DNA from: Piromyces finnis finn
Taxonomy: Eukaryota; Fungi; Neocallimastigomycota
Reading direction: 5' to 3'
Assembly (NCBI GenBank): GCA_002104945.1
Contig: MCFH01000207.1
Location: forward strand, 1 to 16,933
Length of the DNA stretch: 16,933 bases
In this document: positions 10,601-16,933 of the stretch, piece after piece
Layout: each line of letters begins with the position of its first letter
How positions within the stretch are numbered: the first letter of the stretch is position 1
The notes under the pieces: model-generated
Told to the model about the DNA's origin: nothing
Databases searched by the model: none
What the model saw: the letters and a program-made list of their open reading frames with translations, nothing else
Program-made: the position numbers and the translations under genes

Positions 10601-11923
10601 CATATGTAAATGAAGGTACTAAAGCATTAGAAGAAAAAGAAAGATTAAGTGGACTTCAAGCTAGAATTGAACTTTCAGAATTTCCAGATCTTCAATTAAA
10701 ACTTGCTGATAAACATATGATTAAAGAAGGAAATGTTCAACGTTTAATTAATTCTAAAGCAAAAGATAGACATATGCTCTTATTTAATGATTGTTTACTT
10801 ATATGTAAAGATTGGACAGCATCATATAAATATAAATACCAATTGGAAGAATTCTTACCAATTAATTCAATAATTTTAAAAAATGAAATTAAAGGTATTA
10901 ATTAAAATTCTTTTACTATAAAACTTTTAGTTTTTTTTTTTTTTGTTTATAACTATTATATATTTTATTTGATAAACAGAAAATTACCAAAAGGCCATAC
11001 AAATGTCTTTCAGTTAATTTCAAAAAATAAAAAAATTAAACCTGAAAAATTACAAAATGGTAATAATTCAAGTGAACAACCAATATCTATATCTTTAATA
11101 AATGATTTATTAAAAAAAGAATGGACACAAAGTATATGGGATACTATCACTGAATCAAAAAAAATTCAAAGAGAGATTGAAACTTCTAATTCAAATAATA
11201 AAATTGATCTTGATATTGATGAAGAAATCAATATTACTATTAGAAAAAAAGTAATTTTTTAATTAATAAATATATATTATTATTTCATTATTATTAAAAA
11301 GAATTAATTTTTTTTTGTAATATATTAAATAGGAAGAATTCCCTTCACTTGTTGAATTTAATGGTGTTAAATGGAAGAAAGGTAAATTTTATTAATTTCA
11401 AGTTATAATAATTTTATATAAGGATTAATAAAATTAATATTTTTTATTCTAATTGATATATATTATAATTAAAATTAATTAAACAGCTGTGGCCGCAACA
11501 GGTCAAAATTATTATTTCAATACAGTAACATTCGATAGTATATGGAGATTACCAAATGAGTATTACATTATTGATTCAGAAACAGGTGAAAAATATCTTC
11601 ATAATGAGACAGAAAATGAAGAATCCAATAATACAGAAACTGATAATGATGAAGATAATGATGGTAACTATGATGGTGATGATAGTGCTGGCGATAATGA
11701 TGAAGATGATGATGAATATTATAATTCTGAAAATGTTGAAGGTTATCCAGATTGGAAAATAGTTAAAATGGAAAATAATATAACATATTACTTTAATAAA
11801 TATACAAAAGAAACTCAATGGGAACATCCAAAGTCTAATTTTAATAATGAAGATACAATTGACAATAAAAAGACAATTCAACAATTACAAAATATACTTA
11901 TAAATGTTTCTCCAACACAGTAA
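7647..11923 (+). CDS. Rho-family guanine nucleotide exchange factor, CH - coiled coil - DH - PH - WW - WW; 14 exons, ~956 aa after correcting 5 single-base indels
   Basis: Exons: 7647-7732, 7819-7898, 8016-8130, 8224-8385, 8538-8876, 9074-9650, 9743-9838, 9967-10149, 10235-10288, 10375-10419, 10519-10894, 10980-11250, 11333-11381, 11487-11923 (TAA); all introns GT-AG. CH domain: AILLWIQTVL..FLEPFKNGVELCNLMNII..SIENLNLFVNACKDYG. DH domain: [70 protein letters not shown]. PH domain: MIKEGNV..RHMLLFNDCLLICK..NVFQL..KKEWTQSI. Two WW motifs follow. Exon sum of 2870 nt plus net +1 gives 2871 nt, a whole number of codons. Confidence 0.9.
11360..11830 (+). other. Tandem WW domains separated by an acidic linker (C-terminus of the RhoGEF)
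   Basis: WW1 is GVKWKK/AVAATGQNYYFNTVTFDSIWRLP (split by intron 11382-11486). WW2 is YPDWKIVKMENNITYYFNKYTKETQWEHP (11741-11830). Both fit W-x(10-11)-YY[FY]N-x(7)-W-x-x-P. Confidence 0.85.
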
Positions 11924-12322
11924 CTGATTTTATGAAAATTATAATGTTTCAATAAATATTTATAAAAGTTTTCTTGTACTTTTATTTATTTAAATCCTAT
12001 CATTTAAAACATTTAAATTTATAATATCATTATTTATAAATAATATTAAAAATGAATATATTTCATGGTTTTTTTTAATAATAAAATAATTAAAATATTA
12101 ATATCATGAATGAATAATATATATTTTTATGTACATTTTAGACTTTTATTAATATTATTAAAAAAAAAAAATAAAATATAACAATAACAATATTTTTTAA
12201 TATTACTATTTAAAATTTATGTATATATTAAAAAAAAAAAAATACAATGAATTTTTAACAAATAGCAAGTTATTAAAAATGCATAATTATTTAATTTTTT
12301 TTTTTTTTAACAATATTAATAA

Positions 12323-16933
<4,611 letters not shown>

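Noticed and set aside
1352-11000. Euplotes-type programmed frameshifting at AAA-stop sites
   Set aside because: Shift points do not coincide with a shared slippery-plus-stop motif, occur in both directions, and involve G, T and A runs.
11556-11884. ORFs 11556-11762 (+) and 11576-11884 (-), rich in Met/Ile
   Set aside because: They are alternative-frame and antisense shadows of the GAT/AAT-rich acidic WW linker.
7647-11923. Naming the RhoGEF CDC24 or VAV
   Set aside because: It lacks a PB1 domain and the C1/SH2/SH3 domains. Orthology cannot be established without phylogeny.

Overview
Extremely AT-rich eukaryotic nuclear DNA with short AT-rich GT-AG introns, the standard genetic code and AAT-encoded poly-Asn. 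This best fits an anaerobic gut fungus (Neocallimastigomycota). That assignment is an inference: the intron density is too high for Dictyostelium and a DH-PH RhoGEF argues against Plasmodium. Three genes were reconstructed by hand. (1) + strand 877-6844, 22 exons: a Ctf4/Mcl1/SepB/WDHD1(And-1) replisome hub protein (WD40 plus SepB domain), about 1,115 aa. (2) + strand 7647-11923, 14 exons: a RhoGEF with an unusual CH - coiled coil - DH - PH - WW - WW architecture, about 956 aa. (3) - strand from beyond 16933 to 12323, 5'-truncated by the window: three small exons, then one ~4.1-kb low-complexity N/K/E/S-rich exon carrying a SILK + RVxF PP1-docking pair, a ~50-residue poly-Asn tract and a terminal CxCxxCxxC motif (possibly Rif1-like, unproven). 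All three genes are broken by many single-base indels, mostly in homopolymer runs, and two splice acceptors lack their G. The most likely cause is unpolished sequencing or assembly error, not pseudogenisation or recoding. No RNA genes, mobile elements or CRISPR arrays are supported. I found no clear-cut new system; the best leads are the RhoGEF architecture and the PP1-docking protein.
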